Positions 20,175-30,815 are shown, counted from the first letter of the stretch. The stretch is 64,000 nucleotides of DNA from an uncultured Lachnospiraceae bacterium (GCA_910586605.1 CAJUJR010000002.1:4473-68472); one strand, 5' to 3'. Numbers and translations: made by a program. Notes: a model not told the origin generated them from the letters alone.

Positions 20175-21740
20175 ATGGCAGATAATTACAGGATTGTTAT
20201 GGAAGTTTCGGATGAAAATGAGCCGGAAAATGAGTTAAAGGATGAATGTTTTTTATTAAAATTTGTCCAGTATAAAAAAATCTGTATCCAGTGTCACGAC
20301 AACCCGGATGCGGATGCATTGGCATCTGGTTTTGCATTATATAAATTTTATGAAAGCAAAGGAATTGATGTAACTTTTATTTACAGTGGGTCAAATAAGA
20401 TAACAAAACCAAATTTACTTTTAATGATACGTGCTTTGGAGATACCGGTTCAATATGTGACAGAACTGCCGGACTGCGAGTTGCTTTTCCTGACAGACTG
20501 CCAGTATGGCTCTGGGAATGTCACATATTTTGAAGCTCCTGAAGTTGCCACGATTGACCATCATCAATGTGGGATGATGCAGAATGAAAATTATTGGATT
20601 AAAAGCAATTTAGGCAGCTGCGCTACGGCTGTTTGGGCATTGATGAATAATCTGGGTTATCCGTTTAGGGAAGATTTGAATTTATCAACTGCTTTGTACT
20701 ACGGACTTTATATGGATACGAATCATTTTGAGGAAATATTTCATCCATTGGACAAGGATATGCGGGATTATCTGCAGACAAAGGAGCAGCTTTTGTTCCA
20801 GCTTGAGAACACAAATTTATCTATGGCAGAATTGGAGATTGCGAGTAAAGCCTTAATTAGTAAGATTTATAATGAAGAGTACCGGTTTGCGGTAATTCCT
20901 TCCGAAACATGCGACCCTAATATTCTTGGTATTATCAGTGATTTTGTAATTCAGGTGGAAGAGATAAATAGCTGCATTGCATTTAACCCGAATTCCGGCG
21001 GATATAAAATATCTGTCAGAAGCTGCGACAAAGAGATGAAGGCAAACGAGATGGCAGAGTATATTTGCAATGGGATTGGGAATGGTGGAGGCCATCTTAC
21101 AAAAGCAGGGGGATTTATTGCCATGAAGCCTTTGCAGGAGACGTATAAGGGGAAGAAAGCCGAAGAGGTCCTGGTTGAGAGGATGGTTGATTACCATAAA
21201 GCATATGACGTAATTTATGCGAAAGATTATCGTGCAGATTTAAGTGCAATGGAGCGTTACCAGAAGAAAAAGATTATCGTTGGAGTCGTTATGGCCAGTG
21301 AATTTTTAAAGGAAGGGACTCCTGTAATGGTGAGGACATTAGAGGGCGATGTTGATTTGCTTGTAGAAAATGATTTGTATTTTATGGTAGGCATAGAAGG
21401 CGAAGTATATCCAATCCGTAAAGAAAAGTTTGATAGGTCGTATCAGCTGGTTGAAGGAGAGCCTGAAATGGCGATGGAATATACGCCAAATGTCCGTAAT
21501 AATATTGATGGTGAAGTCTATCAATTGATGGATTATATGAAGACATGTGTGTCAACAGGTGTTACAAAGATTTATGCGAAAAAACTGGAGCATAATGTAA
21601 AGGTGTTTACTGCATGGGATGAGGATAAATACTACCGCGGCATAGTTGGGGATTATCTTGTTGTAAGGGAAGATGACCTGCATGATGTTTATGTTGTGCG
21701 AAGCGATATATTTGATAAGACATATGAAAAAATATCGTAA
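20175..21740 (+). CDS. DHH/DHHA1 phosphoesterase with two C-terminal PGDYG-like repeats
   Basis: HDNPDADA, TD, IDHH, DT, SVRS, GGGH..AGG. C-terminal RYQKK..TLEG..GEVYP..KF..SY, then a second GDYLV..DVY..IF.KTYE unit. Confidence 0.8.
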   Translation: MADNYRIVMEVSDENEPENELKDECFLLKFVQYKKICIQCHDNPDADALASGFALYKFYESKGIDVTFIYSGSNKITKPNLLLMIRALEIPVQYVTELPDCELLFLTDCQYGSGNVTYFEAPEVATIDHHQCGMMQNENYWIKSNLGSCATAVWALMNNLGYPFREDLNLSTALYYGLYMDTNHFEEIFHPLDKDMRDYLQTKEQLLFQLENTNLSMAELEIASKALISKIYNEEYRFAVIPSETCDPNILGIISDFVIQVEEINSCIAFNPNSGGYKISVRSCDKEMKANEMAEYICNGIGNGGGHLTKAGGFIAMKPLQETYKGKKAEEVLVERMVDYHKAYDVIYAKDYRADLSAMERYQKKKIIVGVVMASEFLKEGTPVMVRTLEGDVDLLVENDLYFMVGIEGEVYPIRKEKFDRSYQLVEGEPEMAMEYTPNVRNNIDGEVYQLMDYMKTCVSTGVTKIYAKKLEHNVKVFTAWDEDKYYRGIVGDYLVVREDDLHDVYVVRSDIFDKTYEKIS

Positions 21741-21764
21741 CGGATAAGAGAATGGAGGAATGTC

Positions 21765-24758
21765 ATGTCTAAATATGCGGCGTTTATCAGCTACCGCCAT
21801 GGCGGCATTGATGAGAAGGTTGCAATCCAGATCCATAAAGAGATGGAACGGTACCGCCTTCCAGGAAAAATTGCAAAAGCAAAAGGGACAAAAAGCCTCG
21901 GGAAAATCTTCCGTGATGCAGAGGAACTACGGGCAGCAAGCAACCTTTCTGAAATTATCCGGGAGGCAATAAGGGAATCGGAATGGCTGATTGTATTATG
22001 TACTAAAAGATATAAAGAATCTGTTTGGTGCATGGAAGAAATAGAATATTTTATTGAACTGCGTGGCAGGGACCGTGTAATTGTTGTTTTAATTGAAGGG
22101 GAACCAAATGAAAGTTTTCCTAAAATATTAACTGAAATAGAACAGAATGGTGAAACCGTACATATTGAGCCTCTTGCAGTGGATATCAGGGCAGACTCAG
22201 AAAAAGATATCTTAAAAAATGTAAAGTATGAGAGATTTCGTTTTCTGGCAAGGATGCTGGACATTGATTATGATGACCTCCGCCAGAGGCAAAGGGAACG
22301 GAAGAAGAAGCAGATTATAGCAGCAGCTTCCGTTATTTTTGCCAGTGTCAGTATTTTTGTGGGCACTGTTATGATGAAAAACTTTGAATTGGCAAATGCA
22401 TATGCAGCTTTGGATGATTCCATGCAGCAGACATTGCGTGGACAGTCATATTATCTGGCAGAATATGCAGGGGAGGCGTATAATGATGGTGACAGGACGA
22501 CAGCAGCTTTGCTTGCCTTGGAAGCTCTTCCTAAGAACCTGAAAGAGCCGGAACGGCCATTTGTAGAAAGTGTAATGCAGTCCCTGACACAAGCTTTGGG
22601 GGTATATGATTACAGCAGTGGTTTCCGTACAGACAAGGTATATTCCCTGGAGGAAGAAGCATATGACGCGAAGGCACAGATTAGCGCAGACCGGCAGGTT
22701 ATAGTAATAGAAAATTATGTGTATACGGCAGGTAATATGTTACAGAGAAAAGTGTATGTGTATAGCCTGCAGGATAAGAGTATGATTTGTCAGTATAATT
22801 TATCTGATATGAACCGTTCTTATTATACATCTTCTACAAAAAGCAGTTATTTGATGAAGGACAGCAAAACGCTTTTGTATTTGGGGAATGATGGGCTGAC
22901 AGCGATTGATATCTATACAGGGAAGAAAAAGTTTAAGGGAGAAGCTGGGGATGAACTTGTTGTCAGTAAAAAAGAAGATATTATTGTAACAACAGATTAT
23001 AAGGAAGGTTTGCTGCATTTTTATGATGCAGGGGGCGAGGAAACATTAAATTGTGATTTAGGGACAGAAAATAAATATACACTTTGCGACATTAATTCTG
23101 ACAGTTCCAGCGTGGTACTTTCTGTAATTGCAGAGGGCGCAGAAGGATTGATGCTTTTGGATGCTAAAACCGGGGAAAGCACATTTGTCAACCAGTCTGG
23201 TGAATGCAGGAATGTATTTTTTATTGATAAAACACAGCTTTGTTTTATCAGGGAAGACACAGAAGAAGATTTAAAACATATTGTTATCTGTGATGCAGAG
23301 TCCCTTGCAGAAAATTATCTGTGCGATGCAAACTGGGAAATACGTGACGTATGTGCCACACCCAATAACAGTTGTGTTTATTTTCATGGGAAAAAGATTT
23401 ATGAAGTAGATATTACGACGGGTAAAATGAAATGGCAGCATGAGTTTTCAAGCAATGTTTTATCAATAGAAGCGGAAGGCAGCCTTTGCGGCGTTACCTG
23501 CAGTGATGGGCAAAGTTATTTTTATGATTTAGCTACGAAGGAATTGATTAATTCTATGGATGGGAACGGCGAGGGCTTTTACATGCTTGCGATAAATCAG
23601 GATTATGCATGTATGAGGGATTATTGGGGGCAGAATATACGTGTGTATAAAAGACAGGATAACATGAATTCTGATGTTATTTCAACAGATATCTCTGCTG
23701 TAGTAGAAGAAAATCCTGATAAATGGTATACTTGCAGTACAAATGGCGATAAGATTATGCTTGGATATCAGAAAGGGATGAAAAGCGGCGTCCAGGTTTT
23801 TGAGGGGGAAGATTTGTCGGTTCTTGGCGGGCAGACTTTGGAAAAACTGGAATATAGCAATTTTGATAATTTGAGCATTGATATGGAGAATCCGGCATAT
23901 GTCAGTATCCATGATTATGGGTATGGTGAAAATGCCCACTATGATGTAAATACGTTCCGCCCTGTTTTGGAATTTAATGAGGATTCCTACTATTATTATA
24001 ATGAAGATATGTCGTTGCTATATGTTTCAGATGATAATACAGTACAGGAGTATAATGCGGAAACAGGAGAGAGGAAAGAACGATTTTTCCTTCCGGATTC
24101 TTATGACAGAGGCCTGAAAATTGGGGATACAAAGGTTTTTGGGAATGACAGCGGCATATTAATCCAGTCAGGGGATAAGAAAAAGGTAATTGAAGATGCC
24201 AGGATTTATACATTCCATGCTGACAGGAAATTATTGTTTTATAGAAATAGTAACGGGGATAAATGGTATGTATATTCTTTGCCGGAAGACAGGGTTCTTT
24301 GTGAAGGGGAAGCTGGGAATTATTCATATACGACTTTTTTCGGTAATGGGCGTTATTTCTTAAATGATTATAGTGAAGTATATGATATGAGCACATGGGA
24401 GAAGGTACTGGATTTGTCAGGCATCAGTAATTCGGTGTACGGCGTACAGACCAGCATGAAAAGCCCATATTTTGTAGTTTGGTATCAGAATGGGGATGCT
24501 GTTTCTAACAGAAAGGTAAGTGGGTTAAATATGGCATACCTCTATAGTAAAGAAAATACAAATGAAATAGTAGGCGTTGTGCCGAATTATGTTGCGTCTA
24601 CAATGGATGGAAACGTTATCGTGTTTGACGGAGACCATACATTATATAAAGTCCCGCTTTATTCTGTGGAAGAATTGGTGAAAAAAGCAAAGGCATATGT
24701 GGGTAAGTCAAAACTTACAGAGAAACAGGTTGAGGAATATCATTTATATTCTAAATAG
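21765..24758 (+). CDS. TIR domain - TM - predicted beta-propeller protein
   Basis: TIR motifs AFISYRH, IFRD, S.WCMEE. A basic stretch and one hydrophobic helix (IIAAASVIFASVSIFVGTV) are followed by a long beta-rich repeat region. Confidence 0.8.
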   Translation: MSKYAAFISYRHGGIDEKVAIQIHKEMERYRLPGKIAKAKGTKSLGKIFRDAEELRAASNLSEIIREAIRESEWLIVLCTKRYKESVWCMEEIEYFIELRGRDRVIVVLIEGEPNESFPKILTEIEQNGETVHIEPLAVDIRADSEKDILKNVKYERFRFLARMLDIDYDDLRQRQRERKKKQIIAAASVIFASVSIFVGTVMMKNFELANAYAALDDSMQQTLRGQSYYLAEYAGEAYNDGDRTTAALLALEALPKNLKEPERPFVESVMQSLTQALGVYDYSSGFRTDKVYSLEEEAYDAKAQISADRQVIVIENYVYTAGNMLQRKVYVYSLQDKSMICQYNLSDMNRSYYTSSTKSSYLMKDSKTLLYLGNDGLTAIDIYTGKKKFKGEAGDELVVSKKEDIIVTTDYKEGLLHFYDAGGEETLNCDLGTENKYTLCDINSDSSSVVLSVIAEGAEGLMLLDAKTGESTFVNQSGECRNVFFIDKTQLCFIREDTEEDLKHIVICDAESLAENYLCDANWEIRDVCATPNNSCVYFHGKKIYEVDITTGKMKWQHEFSSNVLSIEAEGSLCGVTCSDGQSYFYDLATKELINSMDGNGEGFYMLAINQDYACMRDYWGQNIRVYKRQDNMNSDVISTDISAVVEENPDKWYTCSTNGDKIMLGYQKGMKSGVQVFEGEDLSVLGGQTLEKLEYSNFDNLSIDMENPAYVSIHDYGYGENAHYDVNTFRPVLEFNEDSYYYYNEDMSLLYVSDDNTVQEYNAETGERKERFFLPDSYDRGLKIGDTKVFGNDSGILIQSGDKKKVIEDARIYTFHADRKLLFYRNSNGDKWYVYSLPEDRVLCEGEAGNYSYTTFFGNGRYFLNDYSEVYDMSTWEKVLDLSGISNSVYGVQTSMKSPYFVVWYQNGDAVSNRKVSGLNMAYLYSKENTNEIVGVVPNYVASTMDGNVIVFDGDHTLYKVPLYSVEELVKKAKAYVGKSKLTEKQVEEYHLYSK

Positions 24759-24796
24759 TTGTGTTTTACTTATATTGTTTAGAACAGCCTACACGT

Positions 24797-24876
24797 TAAT
24801 TTCATAAAATAGCCATTCGCTAACGTGCAAGCACGACGAGCCTGCCTATTTTATGAAATTAGCCGTGAATAGTAAC
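24797..24876. repeat. Palindromic intergenic element ending in the GTGAATAGTAAC repeat
   Basis: Perfect 16-bp IR TAATTTCATAAAATAG (24797-24812) / CTATTTTATGAAATTA (24846-24861), central CGTGC-AA-GCACG hairpin. The end motif recurs at 43582 and 56658. Confidence 0.65.
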
Positions 24877-25210
24877 TGATGTCTAGATATTTTCTATAAA
24901 TTGCCAAAAATGCCATTGCATTTCTAGTATGGCGTGCTATAATAAGTTATATTAATTATAGTTGCTTAATCTTTTAAGGCTGCCCCCTCAGCAGTTTGTT
25001 ATTGTATAGGAAGATTGCTAAGGTGGTTAAATATTAACGGTTTTACTTGGCTGGAATTTTCTCTGTAGTGTTGTTATTGATCGCTATGATACTTGCTACA
25101 GACCAGTTTTCCGTCTGGTAGATAGAGATTTATCCTATATAAAATTTATTGATAATGAAACACGCTCTAGTAATTTGTTGTAAATAGTATCAGAAATGGG
25201 AGGTTTCAAT

Positions 25211-27130
25211 ATGAGAAAAGGAAAAAAAGTGTATAAAAAGCTGGTATCTTGTATACTGGCGGCAGCAATGGCAGTAACAGGCAGTACAGCATATCCGGGA
25301 GGGCGCCAAACGGTTGTGTCTGCTGCTGTGAAAGAAGGCTCTTTTAAGGATCTTGCGGGTAATACATGGAATGTAATTAAGGATCAGGATGGAGTGATTG
25401 AGGATAGCCAGGGGGTTTTGTATCAATTGGACAAAACGGCAAATGAAGCTATCGTGATAGGATTTGATTATGAGGACAGGATAGCATCAGATTCTGATTC
25501 GGTACAGAAAGGGATTGTTATGGTTCCTGAAAAAGTTCCGGTCAATTACCATAATTATGAAGAGTACAAAAAGGATGGGACAATAACCGAAACCCCGTTT
25601 GTTAGTAGTGATGTAACTGGAATTGGGGACAGTGCTTTTTCGGGTGCATCTTCTATTACAAGGATAACTGTTTCTGGGAATGTCAAATATTTTGGAAACA
25701 CAGCATTTGCATCTTGCGTGAACCTGGAAGAACTCCATATATTGGCAGCAGATGGGGTAAAGCTTCAGATTGGATCAGAAATTCTTAAAAATTCTGCAAA
25801 ATGCATGGTATATGGAGAAAACTCTGAACTTAAGGACTATGTATCTAAGAATGGATATAGCTATAAAGGGCCAAGCAGCAGCCAGCCTTCCCCATCGCCA
25901 AGTGCAGAACCATCTATAGAGCCAAGTACAGAGCCATCAACGGCACCAAGTACAGAACCATCTATAGAGCCAAGTACAGAGCCATCAATGGTACCAAGTG
26001 CAAAACCATCTATAGAACCAAGTACAGAGCCGTCAACGGCACCAAGTACAATAAAACCAAGTGCAGTGCCGGTAGCAACTCCAACTGTAATGCCAGTAAC
26101 GCCAAGCCCAACGCCGAAAGTACCAGTGTATCCTTCCATACCAAGCGTAGCGCCAATTACGCCAAGCCCAGTAGTGATGACGCCACCAGTAGCACAGACA
26201 TCGGCACCTGGTGAATCGGCAGAACCGACTTTGGCGCCGACCGCTGCAGCAAATACGCCAGCACCACCAAGTCAGAAGCCAGAAGTAACAGAGAACCCCG
26301 ATCCACCAGCAACACAGACGCCTGTTAATAGCACACCTGCACCAGTTCCTCCGACAATAGCGCCATCTCAGGGAGAAACTGTAGTAAAGGATAATGTTAC
26401 TTATAAGGTTGATACAGACAAAAATAGTGTTTCTGTTGGTGATATGGGTGACACAAAAAGCGCTGTGGTTACAATTCCGGCGACAGTGAAAGTGAACGGA
26501 GAGAATGTGCCGGTTACAGAGATTGAAGAGAATGCCTTTAAAGGGAATACAACAGTTAAAAAGGTAAAACTGGGTGGTAATGTTACAACGATTGGAGAAG
26601 GAGCCTTCCAGGGTTGTACTAAATTGAGCACGGTAGAACTTCCTTCCAAGCTGAAAAAGATAGGTAAAAGCAGTTTTAAAGGCTCCGGCTTGAAAAACAT
26701 AAAGATACCAAAATCTGTTAAGAGCATTGGGACGGCTGCATTTAAAAATTGCAAAAAGCTGAAAAAAGCTACAATAGGGGGTGCCCCAAAGACAAAAAAA
26801 GGTGGGTTGCAATTTGATGGGAAGCAAATTCGCTATGGCGCGTCAACTGTAACAATTAATATTGGTGATAAAGCATTTGAGAATTGTAAGAAATTAAATA
26901 AGGTAATTATTAATGCCTTGGTTAAGATTATTGGAAAATCTGCATTTAAGGATTGTAAAGACTTAAGGAGTGTCCTGATATATTCTAAAGTCTTGAAAAA
27001 AGTAAAGGGCGGGGCGCTTACAGGTGTAAATAATTGTAAGATTTCTGTGCCATCGAAAAAAGTCCAGCCATATAAGATTCTGTTTAAGAACAAAGGGCAG
27101 GGTAAGAAAGTGGTTGTTGCAAAATTATAA
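25211..27130 (+). CDS. Secreted BspA-type leucine-rich repeat surface protein with Pro/Ser/Thr-rich linker
   Basis: Signal peptide, repeated IG..AF..C..L..V.LP units, long PST linker, basic C-terminus. Confidence 0.85.
   Translation: MRKGKKVYKKLVSCILAAAMAVTGSTAYPGGRQTVVSAAVKEGSFKDLAGNTWNVIKDQDGVIEDSQGVLYQLDKTANEAIVIGFDYEDRIASDSDSVQKGIVMVPEKVPVNYHNYEEYKKDGTITETPFVSSDVTGIGDSAFSGASSITRITVSGNVKYFGNTAFASCVNLEELHILAADGVKLQIGSEILKNSAKCMVYGENSELKDYVSKNGYSYKGPSSSQPSPSPSAEPSIEPSTEPSTAPSTEPSIEPSTEPSMVPSAKPSIEPSTEPSTAPSTIKPSAVPVATPTVMPVTPSPTPKVPVYPSIPSVAPITPSPVVMTPPVAQTSAPGESAEPTLAPTAAANTPAPPSQKPEVTENPDPPATQTPVNSTPAPVPPTIAPSQGETVVKDNVTYKVDTDKNSVSVGDMGDTKSAVVTIPATVKVNGENVPVTEIEENAFKGNTTVKKVKLGGNVTTIGEGAFQGCTKLSTVELPSKLKKIGKSSFKGSGLKNIKIPKSVKSIGTAAFKNCKKLKKATIGGAPKTKKGGLQFDGKQIRYGASTVTINIGDKAFENCKKLNKVIINALVKIIGKSAFKDCKDLRSVLIYSKVLKKVKGGALTGVNNCKISVPSKKVQPYKILFKNKGQGKKVVVAKL
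25898..26050 (+). repeat. Coding tandem repeat (12-bp PSxE/PSxA units, ~48-bp higher-order unit x3)
   Basis: Encodes [48 protein letters not shown]. Confidence 0.85.
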
Positions 27131-27148
27131 TATAAGAATACTAAATTA

Positions 27149-27184
27149 AAAAATCCCTGGAAGAATATTCTTCCAGGGATTTTT
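27149..27184 (+). terminator. Intrinsic terminator
   Basis: Perfect palindrome AAAAATCCCTGGAAGAATATTCTTCCAGGGATTTTT. Confidence 0.8.
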
Positions 27185-27291
27185 GTGGGCAAAATGCCTT
27201 TCATTTCCGCGAAGGTGACGGATACTATTTAACGTAGATGATGTATGGCAAATGAATGATGGCTTAGAGCGTGTTTGAAAATTCCCTAAAC

Positions 27292-27305
27292 TTACAATTT
27301 TGTCA
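27292..27305. promoter_or_regulatory. BceR-like response regulator box upstream of the ABC exporter
   Basis: TTACA-ATTT-TGTCA; its reverse complement TGACA-N4-TGTAA fits the TNACA-N4-TGTAA consensus. Confidence 0.5.
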
Positions 27306-27426
27306 CTTTAAAGTCATCCCTATGTCATTTGGCTGGTATATCCTTTATCTTGTAAGCAAGTTTGCTTTTAGATATACTGATTTATGTTTAGTATGGAATA
27401 AATTGGGAAATGAGAGGAGGACGAAA

Positions 27427-28107
27427 ATGGAGATATTACGGGTTGAAAACCTGAAAAAGGTATACGGTCAGGGAGAAAATGAAGTACATGCGCTAGATAG
27501 CGTTTCCTTTTCTGTGGAGAAAGGAGAATTTATTGCGATTGTTGGACCTTCCGGCTCTGGAAAATCTACTTTGCTGCATATATTAGGAGGTGTAGACATA
27601 CCAACTTCGGGAAAGGTCTATATGGAAGGGCAGGATGTATTTGCACAAAATGAGGAGCAGCTTGCAATTTTCCGCAGAAGGCAGGTAGGGTTGATATATC
27701 AGTTTTACAACTTGCTTCCAGTATTAAATGTGAAAGAAAACCTAACGCTTCCGATTTTAATGGATGGAAGGAAGGTCAATCAGGCAAAATTACAGGAAAT
27801 GCTTCATATACTCCGTCTGGAAGGACGGGAGAAGCATCTTCCAAACCAGTTATCAGGCGGACAGCAGCAAAGGGTTTCAATTGGGCGAGCCCTGATGAAT
27901 ACACCGGCGGTTGTGCTGGCAGACGAGCCGACGGGTAATCTTGACAGCCGCAATAGCCAGGAGATTATAGAGCTATTAAAAAAGTCCAACCAAAAGTTTG
28001 GGCAGACATTGATTATGATTACGCATGACGAAAATATTGCTTTACAGGCAAATAGGGTAATCGCCATTGAGGATGGAAGGATTACAAGGGATGAGGTGAT
28101 GCGGTGA
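27427..28107 (+). CDS. ABC transporter ATP-binding protein (LolD/MacB-like)
   Basis: GPSGSGKST, LSGGQQQRV, ADEPTGNLD, GAGGAGG RBS before the ATG at 27427. Confidence 0.95.
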   Translation: MEILRVENLKKVYGQGENEVHALDSVSFSVEKGEFIAIVGPSGSGKSTLLHILGGVDIPTSGKVYMEGQDVFAQNEEQLAIFRRRQVGLIYQFYNLLPVLNVKENLTLPILMDGRKVNQAKLQEMLHILRLEGREKHLPNQLSGGQQQRVSIGRALMNTPAVVLADEPTGNLDSRNSQEIIELLKKSNQKFGQTLIMITHDENIALQANRVIAIEDGRITRDEVMR

Positions 28108-30815
28108 TGAATATTATCAATCAGTTTACTTTGCGTACATTATTGAAAAACAAGACAAGGACATTGGTAACAATTATTGGAATTGCTTTGTCAGCAGCGA
28201 TGTTTACAGGTGTTGTTTCCACTATTGTAAGTTTTCAAAATTATATGCTGCGGGAGGAGATTGCAAGAAATGGGGCATGGGAGGCTAAGATAGAAGGGTG
28301 CAGCGCTTCTTCGGCAGAACTTATTAAAAATGATGAAGCTGTAAAAGGATATACGCAGATGGCACATTTTGGATATGCAAAGCTTGAGGGGTGTGTTAAT
28401 GAAGATAAGCCATATCTCTTTGTGATTGGGGTGGGAAAGAATATAACAGATTATTATCCAATTCATTTGGTTGAAGGCCGGATGCCGGAAAATAATACAG
28501 AAGTTATTATCCCGGCCCATTTAAAGATAAATGGCGAGGTGGATTATAAGGTTGGCGATGTGCTTCATCTGGATATTGGGAAACGGGTATTCAAGGATGG
28601 AAATTATAAGGGAGAATCTGTAGGAGGGCAGGATACTCCATTTCAAGCAGGAGGAGAGGGAAACGAGACGATTACAGATACTATTTCAAAGGTTTACACT
28701 GTGGTGGGTATTTGTGAGCGACCATCAATTGAACCTTATATCGCGCCAGGGTATACTGTAATGACACTGGATAATGGGGCAGATGCGCCAGAGTATGGTT
28801 TGGCGCTTTCTTTTAAGAAGCCGTCGGATTTATCAAAGGCAATGAAGAGGCTGACAGAAAAATGTTCAGAAGGGGTGACATATACAACACATGGCTCTTT
28901 GCTGCGTTATATGGGCAGTAGTACAAATGATAATTATAACCGTGTTATGTACAGCATGGCGGCAATATTAATGTTTGTAATTCTGCTTGGTTCAATCTCT
29001 TTAATTTACAATGCTTTTTCTATTTCTGTCAGTGAAAGGACAAAACAGTTTGGGCTTTTAAAATCAATTGGCGCTACAAAAAAGCAGATGCGGCATAGTG
29101 TTTTTTTTGAAGCTTCTGTTTTGGGAGCAATAGGGATACCCGTAGGGATTCTGGCTGGGCTTGGCGGAATGGGGATAACATTTTACTTTATTGCTGATAT
29201 GATATCTTATCTATGGACAGGAGCTACAGAAAAAGGTGTTTATCTAAAACTTATTGTTACATGGCAGGCGGTTGTATTTGCAGCAGTCATTGCATTTGCT
29301 ACTGTGCTTCTTTCAGCATTCATACCTGCAATAAGGGCGGTAAAACTTTCTCCAATCCAGGCAATCCGCCAGAGTAGTGATGTGCGTATCCGCCCGGAAA
29401 AAGTGAGGACATCAGGGCTGACATACCGTTTGTTTGGTTTTGAAGGGATGCTTTCATCAAAAAATTTTAAAAGAAGCCGGAAGAAATACCGGACTACGGT
29501 ATTTTCGCTGTTTATTAGTATTGTTCTTTTTGTTACTGCCGCAAGTTTTACAAATTATTTAACAGGCGCTGCAGAGACTACAAATAATTACAGTGAATAT
29601 GATATTAGTTTTTATCTTACAGATGACAATAAGGTGGGAAAGACAGATGAGGAAATTGCAAAAGATACAGAGGCGCTTCCTGCTGTGGATGAGGTTGGCT
29701 ATTCCCAGGTGGCGGAAGGGATTATCCGGCTGCCAAGGGAATATTTAGAGGAAGAATATCTGGAAATATTTAAAGGTGAAGAGGAAAAGGGGAACACAGG
29801 GGATGATTCTATGGTATCGCTTAATGTTACGCTTCGTTTTGTCAGGGACGGCGCATACCGGAAGTATCTGAAAAAAGAAGGGTTAAATGAACAGAAGTAT
29901 ATAGGTTCCAAGGAAAAGACGGCGCTGATTTGGGACTATGCAAGGGCTTATGTGGATAACAAATCAATTAATCTGCATATCTTAAAAAAAGCGGAATGGA
30001 ATGGTAAAGTGTATTTTATGAAAAATACAGAAGATCATTATTATGTGGGGACAAAAGGGGATAAGTATATCTTTGGGGACAGCAAAGGCAATGAAAAAGC
30101 TTTTTCAGTGGAGGAAGCATTCAGCAGCAAAATGGATATTACTTTTGGTGCGGTTCAGGATAAAACGATGCCGCTGGGGGCAAGTGCAGAGCTGTGGAAT
30201 GGTCATGTGACGCTTGTGATGCCATATTCAGCAATGCCGGATGACCTTACTGAAAAATATTCGACCAATTTTCATGTCAGGGCAGAAAACCATAAGAAGG
30301 CATATGGGGAAATTATAAAATATCTTTCTGGGCCGGAGTTTGAAAATGAAGCCGGAGGAAATGTGTATGATGAAGCGGAGTCTAAGGAAGCAGAAAAAAT
30401 GCTTATATTAGTGATTGATATATTTTCCTATGGATTTATCGTTTTAATTTCCCTTATATCGGTTGCGAATGTGTTTAATACGATTTCAACAAATATAAAC
30501 CTGCGGAGGCAGGAGTTTGCGATGTTAAAATCTGTTGGCATGACAGGGAAAGGCTTTCGGAAAATGATGAATTATGAATGTGCATTGTATGGGTTAAAGG
30601 GCATATTGTATGGAGTGCCTGTATCTTGCCTGATTAGCTGGTTTATGTATTCGGCTATGGATCAGGGCATAAATACGAAATATGTCCTTCCTTGGCAGGG
30701 AATCCTGGTTTCTTCTATTTGTGTATTTCTGGTGGTATTTGCGACCATGCTCTATTCTATGAGTAAAGTGAAAAAAGATAATACGATTGAAGCGCTTAGG
30801 AATGAGAATTTATAA
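28104..30815 (+). CDS. FtsX-like ABC transporter permease
   Basis: Two FtsX segments (ERTKQFGLLKSIGAT and RRQEFAMLKSVGMT) with large extracellular loops. Confidence 0.9.
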   Translation: MMNIINQFTLRTLLKNKTRTLVTIIGIALSAAMFTGVVSTIVSFQNYMLREEIARNGAWEAKIEGCSASSAELIKNDEAVKGYTQMAHFGYAKLEGCVNEDKPYLFVIGVGKNITDYYPIHLVEGRMPENNTEVIIPAHLKINGEVDYKVGDVLHLDIGKRVFKDGNYKGESVGGQDTPFQAGGEGNETITDTISKVYTVVGICERPSIEPYIAPGYTVMTLDNGADAPEYGLALSFKKPSDLSKAMKRLTEKCSEGVTYTTHGSLLRYMGSSTNDNYNRVMYSMAAILMFVILLGSISLIYNAFSISVSERTKQFGLLKSIGATKKQMRHSVFFEASVLGAIGIPVGILAGLGGMGITFYFIADMISYLWTGATEKGVYLKLIVTWQAVVFAAVIAFATVLLSAFIPAIRAVKLSPIQAIRQSSDVRIRPEKVRTSGLTYRLFGFEGMLSSKNFKRSRKKYRTTVFSLFISIVLFVTAASFTNYLTGAAETTNNYSEYDISFYLTDDNKVGKTDEEIAKDTEALPAVDEVGYSQVAEGIIRLPREYLEEEYLEIFKGEEEKGNTGDDSMVSLNVTLRFVRDGAYRKYLKKEGLNEQKYIGSKEKTALIWDYARAYVDNKSINLHILKKAEWNGKVYFMKNTEDHYYVGTKGDKYIFGDSKGNEKAFSVEEAFSSKMDITFGAVQDKTMPLGASAELWNGHVTLVMPYSAMPDDLTEKYSTNFHVRAENHKKAYGEIIKYLSGPEFENEAGGNVYDEAESKEAEKMLILVIDIFSYGFIVLISLISVANVFNTISTNINLRRQEFAMLKSVGMTGKGFRKMMNYECALYGLKGILYGVPVSCLISWFMYSAMDQGINTKYVLPWQGILVSSICVFLVVFATMLYSMSKVKKDNTIEALRNENL

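Noticed and set aside
26033..26827. 264-aa antisense ORF (also 56755-57627, 6970-7626, 52351-52980)
   Set aside because: Each lies opposite a well-supported gene and has no recognisable motifs; best explained as shadow ORFs.
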